Origin: the human T2T-CHM13v2.0 reference genome, Homo sapiens
Reading direction: 5' to 3' (one strand)
Assembly (NCBI RefSeq): GCF_009914755.1
Contig: NC_060935.1
Length of the DNA stretch: 64,000 nucleotides
Positions 55,287-64,000 of this stretch are shown here, piece by piece. Each line of letters begins with the position of its first letter. Positions within the stretch are counted from its first letter, which is position 1. The position numbers and the translations under genes were made by a program. The notes under the pieces were generated by a model, which saw nothing but the letters and a program-made list of their open reading frames with translations, did no database searches and was not told the DNA's origin.

Positions 55287-55868
55287 TGCAATCTAAGTTA
55301 TTTAATTGAATTAAATTACCAACCATGGTAGACAATCTTCCATGACACCTATGTACTGTTTAACTTCTCCCCACCCCATCATTAAACCAGGTTCCAATCT
55401 TTTCTGACTGTCCCATCACCATTTTCTTTTCCTTTATTTATTTATGCAGATGCCTAGGAATATCAGATGACAGGAGCAATGGGAGGTGAGGGAGATTTCA
55501 CACCATTGATGATTCAGGTTAATGCTTCACAAATTATATCAAGCAGACAACCTTCGCAAGAAGTTTGAGGACCCAAGATACAGATCTAATTGAAAGCTGG
55601 TTTGACCAAAGGTCAATCTCCAGTCTTGTTCAGGATTCCTAGTAACCAAAGGCTATTCCTGCAGGTAAAGATTAAGAATTAACTTTTATGGAAGCTTATC
55701 TACCAATTTTCAGAGAAAACTCAATGTAAACCACTATAGTTGATATGTATTAAATCACTCCTGGATTTTACAAAGACGTCTAAATATTATTAAAATAAAG
55801 CACATATTTCTAGATGTTCATTTGTTTGTTAAAGAATGCTGACTAAAAGGAATTATTTCTTTACATAC

Positions 55869-55921
55869 CAATTTTCCAGTCCCAATGAATGCTGGCAATA
55901 TCCTTATATTCCACAATCAAT
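55869..55921 (-). CDS. SLC35F2: SLC35F2 coding exon 6 (53 bp), [17 protein letters not shown]; too short for the ORF track
   Basis: Read manually: cttAG|ATTGATTGTGGAATATAAGGATATTGCC...TGGAAAATTG|GTATGT; restores the frame between exons 5 and 7. Confidence 0.94.
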
Positions 55922-56357
55922 CTAAGATTAAAACAAGAGGTCACAGAGAGGTCCACATACTAATTTTCACTATTTTATAAGCATTTTAGTCACTATACTT
56001 CAGCTAAAGTGAGGAATTACATGGACATTTGAATTTGTCTTAGAATATAAAAATAACGATCTTTAATAAAAATGACAAAGAATAAAACCAAAGGAGTTCA
56101 TAAAGATATGTTTGACTCCCTTACAGGTGCTCTGAAATAATAGTCAAGTATAGGAGGAAAATATGATATTATGCTTTGTTTTTGAATAAGCTTAGGAAGT
56201 TAATGTGTTAATATTTTCTGGAAATAACTAAAAAAACTCCTTACTGGCAAATGCCTCTACCACATGGTAATCAGGAATCCTAAGCAACACACATGTTTAA
56301 GAAAATAGGAAGTAATTCTTGATGTTTTAACAATCCTCTAGTAGACACTCAGCAAGT

Positions 56358-56403
56358 TATTAGGTAATGGCAAAACCACAATTACTCTTGCATCCACCTA
56401 ATA
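56358..56403. mobile_element. Internally deleted MADE1 (mariner MITE)
   Basis: tattaggt + aatggcaaaaccacaattactcttgcatccacctaata; TA flanks. Confidence 0.7.
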
Positions 56404-56509
56404 CTAATTCCAAATGTGAATTTGGGCCAAATAAACAATGAATATTAGTAGTTATCATCTATAATATATTTGCTTATTTTGTCTTTAGAAAAAAATTGTA
56501 GAATCTTAC

Positions 56510-56666
56510 AGCTGTATACCACTGATAATTGTTCCAAACAGGCCCACCATTCCTAAAAACTCCTGTCTGCTCAGCTTCTTCACGATGTATTCCTCACAAA
56601 CATTTGAAATGGCATAGAGGGAAGCCCCAAGAAGGACCAAGATGTCACCAATCAATACATCACTCC
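56510..56666 (-). CDS. SLC35F2: SLC35F2 coding exon 5 (157 bp), [27 protein letters not shown]...GIQL
   Basis: ORF 56506..56694; acceptor ttcctgcAG, donor CT|GTAAGA; DMT/SLC35F-type 'GD..LL.A.LYA.SNV.EE' motif. Confidence 0.96.
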
Positions 56667-56798
56667 CTGCAGGAAGACAAGCCACAGAAAGCAAAACACT
56701 GTCAACAGATGAACCTCCACAGCGTGCCTCCAGGCGGTCATCTGACTCGTGTTCATTTAAATGACACTAAAGAAGAAGAAACTGGTTACTAGAAGTTT

Positions 56799-57240
<442 letters not shown>

Positions 57241-57450
57241 TAGAAGTTTAAAATCTCTTACTCTTCTCACTTTCTGGTGCAATTCTGCTGTAATTTTTCA
57301 TAATTTAACTCCTCAGAAGTCTAACAGGCTAGAAACTGATGATATATATCATAATGTAAGGCCTCAGAAAATGATTCCATGACATGACAAATTAATGGAG
57401 TTCATTGAAGGGGTAGGTCAATTTGAAAAATGGGAACCTGCTTTCAAAGT

Positions 57451-57720
57451 AATTTTCCCTCTCAATCCAAAGAGACACTTAACTCACTTGTAGACTGGGT
57501 GAATTCACAGACCTTAATTAGATTTTATACTATCAACTATAATTTTCTCTCTCAATCCAAAGAGACACTTAACTCACTTGTAGACTGGGTGAATTCATGG
57601 ACCTTAATTAGATTTTATAGTATCAACTGTAATTTTCTCTCTCAATCCAAGGAGACGTTTAACTCACTTGAAGATTGGATGAATTCATAGACCTCAATTA
57701 GATTTTATACTATCAACTGA
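57451..57720. repeat. Tandem repeat, 3 x 90 bp, in SLC35F2 intron 4
   Basis: Units start at 57451, 57541 and 57631 (aattttcyctctcaatccaa...ttagattttatastatcaact). Confidence 0.97.
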
Positions 57721-57867
57721 ATTCAACACAAAGTGTGGCAAAGTGTTCTCACCTACACAGTGACTTAAAAAGAAATACTCCAGTAAACAAGTTTCTTTGT
57801 TGATATAAAAGTGAAAACATAAACAAATTTGCTGTGATTGAAGCACAAACATGTGACACCGTCTCAC

Positions 57868-58027
57868 CTGAATTGTCTTCCCTCCCTGCTAGTATGTCTG
57901 CACCAACCATGGTTCCTACACCCAACAGACAGACAGCCACGGCGATGAAGTGGATCACTCTGTATCTTGCATGAAGAATAAACCATGACAGAGCCATCAA
58001 CACAGGAATCCCAAAGCAATCCAAAAG
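57868..58027 (-). CDS. SLC35F2: SLC35F2 coding exon 4 (160 bp), [16 protein letters not shown]...REDNS
   Basis: Hydrophobic TM segments in ORF 57749..58033; acceptor tctttccatgcAG, donor G|GTGAGA; frame continues from exon 3. Confidence 0.96.
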
Positions 58028-58304
58028 CTGCATGGAAAGAGAATCAACAGTTTAAAACATATCTCTCATTAGCTAAAAGATGGGTAATTAAGAAATAATA
58101 GGAGTCAGTATTTATAATAGGAGTCAGTATTTATTGAGCATTTATTATTGCCAGCCCTGTACTAAGAGCTTTACCTGGATTCACTCATTTAATCCTCACA
58201 ATTCCATGAGACTGAAATTACAATCCAATTTTATACATGAGAAAATGAAGATACAGAGAGGTGAAATGAGTTGCCAAAAACACATAGTTAAAAATGGGAT
58301 GACA

Positions 58305-60795
<2,491 letters not shown>

Positions 60796-62817
60796 GTATT
60801 CTTGGTGATGGATGTCTTCTCTGTTTCAGTTCGAAGAGTATCAATTTTATTTTTAAAAATTATTGTATAGTCACAGTAAGCAGAGTACTAAGACAGACCC
60901 TGCGACATGGGTATAAAAACAAGTTAGATCATATTAGAGGTACAATAGAGTATAGAAGAGAAAATGAAAATTGAATTAACCTTTGACAATGAGGGGAGCA
61001 GGCTTCAAAAAGGACTGCATTCTAGGAAGAACAGAGCAGCACAGGGGAGAAGGAGCAGGCCATGAGTGGGAAATGGGTTGATGTGGCAGTAAAGTGGGAA
61101 GGGACATGAGCAGCAACCTGGGCCACATCATCATCTTCACGTGAACTATCCCATGACTGTTGGTAATTACAGAACCTTCTAAGGAATCCTTAAGAAGAAG
61201 GTTCAAAGACCACCTAATCCAGATTTCCATCCTTTTGGACTACCCAGGCCAGAGATTTACTCAGTTGGAGAACCAGCTTGAATCATTCCTATCACAGCTG
61301 TCGCTGCTGCTGGAGAAAACATTACCTTGTTAGATGCCTTTTTTATAATATATTCTTTGCTAGGACCGTAAGTGCATGACTTTTGGCAACCAAATGCTTA
61401 GGTTTTTCTAAGAGGCTAGCGTGAAAGAAATTGTTTTCAATTTCTTTGAAATTGAAAGAAGGCATGAACTTCAGTCGCAACTATCCAACTGTAAGTGTTC
61501 TGTTTAACTGTGTTTAGGCCTTGCACCAATTCAAAACTTTTTATCATTAGTTAGAGATCAAAGTTCCTGGGAATTGTAATCAAGTAATTAAAATGTAGGT
61601 GAGATTATGAGAGTAGATGTGACAAGAAAATACCATTTTCTACATACTTATGTATACTTCATTAACCAACGCTAAAAGTACACTTACTCCTATTAGTGAT
61701 AAACTTCATTCTCTAGGTAACTGCTGGGTTTAATTTTTACGAAACTTTAGGTTCTTTTTGTGCCTCCTATAGTGTCTGTCTTAATAAATCATTTCCTATC
61801 TCAGCTTTTTAACCCATACTGGTCAAAATCCAAGAGGTTTCCTGAGAACAATGCTTAGCACAATGTTACAGAAAAGAAAGTAGTTAATATAATGGTAGTA
61901 ACATTTAATGTAGGTTCACACTGGAAAAATACTGAGTTCTCATCAATCCTTATATTTTCTATGCGAAATAAGTCTAATTTCAATTTTTCCAGTCCCTAAA
62001 ATTTGGAGTCAAGTAAGAACATCTCTGTATTTTGTATAGTGAGAAAGGGACATATCAAAAAGTTATAAACTTCAAATCCCACATCTGATACACACTTTTT
62101 TTTATTATTTAAAAAAATGAAAAAAAAGTTATAAACAAACTGTGACATCTAAACCTGGCATTTGAGTCTATCTCACTTTCACCTCCACTTATAAAACATT
62201 TTGTAGTCAGTAATGGTGAGTCAGTGTTAGGAAACATCCCATAGTTTGCTAACATTAAGACAACTGAAATCAGTTGTCTTCAACTTTACAAAGTTGAAAA
62301 CCTCTGCAATGTAGGAATATTTTTCTTTCAATGCAGCAAGAATAAACCTAACAAAGAAATAGGGATGGGAGTTTTAACTCTGGCTACCACCTCTCCCAAA
62401 AATGTCTACTGGGTTTCTTCCAATGGTTTCTTTGTCATGAATATCTACTATGCTTGCAAAGCTTCAACTTTCCTATAGAACAAAGGTATACTTTCATATG
62501 CCATGTTTGAGCAGCATATAAAACAGAACACGTGTCAACACCACAGCATCAACTGCCAACTAAATATTTATGCTTATTTGGTAGGAACTGTTCTAATCTG
62601 CCATAGCAGTTTGGGGGCAGCTTAAGTTGTATACATTTTCACTAATTCTAGGAAACATTACTCATTAGAGCATATGCTCTACTAGAAAACAGCATCCACC
62701 TGTGTTTAGGTTTTCTTCAAGTGAATAGATTTTCAATAAAATTAGGTCAACACATATGACTTCGTGTTCTTCTTTTGAAGCTATAAAATCCAAAGTGGTC
62801 AGAGGGCTCCCTCTTAC

Positions 62818-62945
62818 CTGGACACTGGTTAGAGTTGTGTACTGGTAGGCTCTGACGATCACATAATTAGCTTCCACATCTGCTAGTCCCAGCAGGATGT
62901 ACTTCCACCATTTTCTTTTCAAGATTACTAAAAGGTTATCACTGC
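62818..62945 (-). CDS. SLC35F2: SLC35F2 coding exon 3 (128 bp), [16 protein letters not shown]...TTLTSVQ
   Basis: Translation matches the recalled SLC35F2 protein; acceptor ttctttcaaccAG, donor CAG|GTAAGA; phase 1 in, phase 0 out. Confidence 0.96.
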
Positions 62946-63004
62946 CTGGTTGAAAGAAATATGGGTTAGTACATGTTACTTGCAAATGATACCATACATG
63001 TTGA

Positions 63005-63842
<838 letters not shown>

Positions 63843-64000
63843 AGTTTTTTTTTAAAATCCCTTTCCTATCATAACAGAAACAAAATTTCTGGATATGAGC
63901 TTGTATGTCGCCACTTCTGACAAGCCACGGACTATCCTAGGAAATGAAATGTTTTCCTAGAAATTAATTGGTTATTTAACTTCTATTCATGGGCTTCTTC

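Noticed and set aside
56358-56403. MADE1 remnant as a possible miR-548-family hairpin
   Set aside because: Most of the left arm is deleted, so the palindromic pre-miRNA stem cannot form
57430-57690. 86-aa plus-strand ORF with a 30-aa repeat
   Set aside because: A by-product of the 90-bp tandem repeat, antisense within an intron; no promoter or splice evidence

Overview
Human (primate) genomic DNA, very rich in repeats. The only protein-coding gene I can support is the 3' part of SLC35F2 on the minus strand. Six coding exons are present (exons 3-8 of the 8-exon model; 128+160+157+53+155+186 = 839 nt), all with GT-AG junctions in consistent phase. They are followed by a ~1.6 kb 3' UTR ending near an ATTAAA signal at ~42170; the 5' exons lie beyond the right edge. 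From recollection this is chr11q22.3, with SLN to the left of the window (not visible in this sequence). Positions 1-42 kb are intergenic. They contain a dead near-full-length L1PB1-type LINE nested in MaLR LTRs and interrupted by an LTR12 and an Alu, further solo LTRs mostly with readable 4-bp TSDs (LTR1-like, LTR8, LTR19-like, MER4-group, HERV-W LTR17, plus a MER21-like LTR), about 50 Alus and older L1/L2/MIR/DNA-element remnants. Almost all ORFs in the supplied track are Alu/L1/LTR artefacts. I found no credible new gene system. The best leads are regulatory: an LTR17 promoter facing the SLC35F2 3' end, an NF-Y-rich LTR12, four co-oriented CTCF motifs, two transcription-factor motif clusters in unique DNA, a candidate intronic-polyadenylation isoform of SLC35F2, and a 3x90-bp intronic tandem repeat. 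Repeat boundaries without a stated TSD are approximate, and subfamily names come from recognition of consensus sequences, not from a database search.
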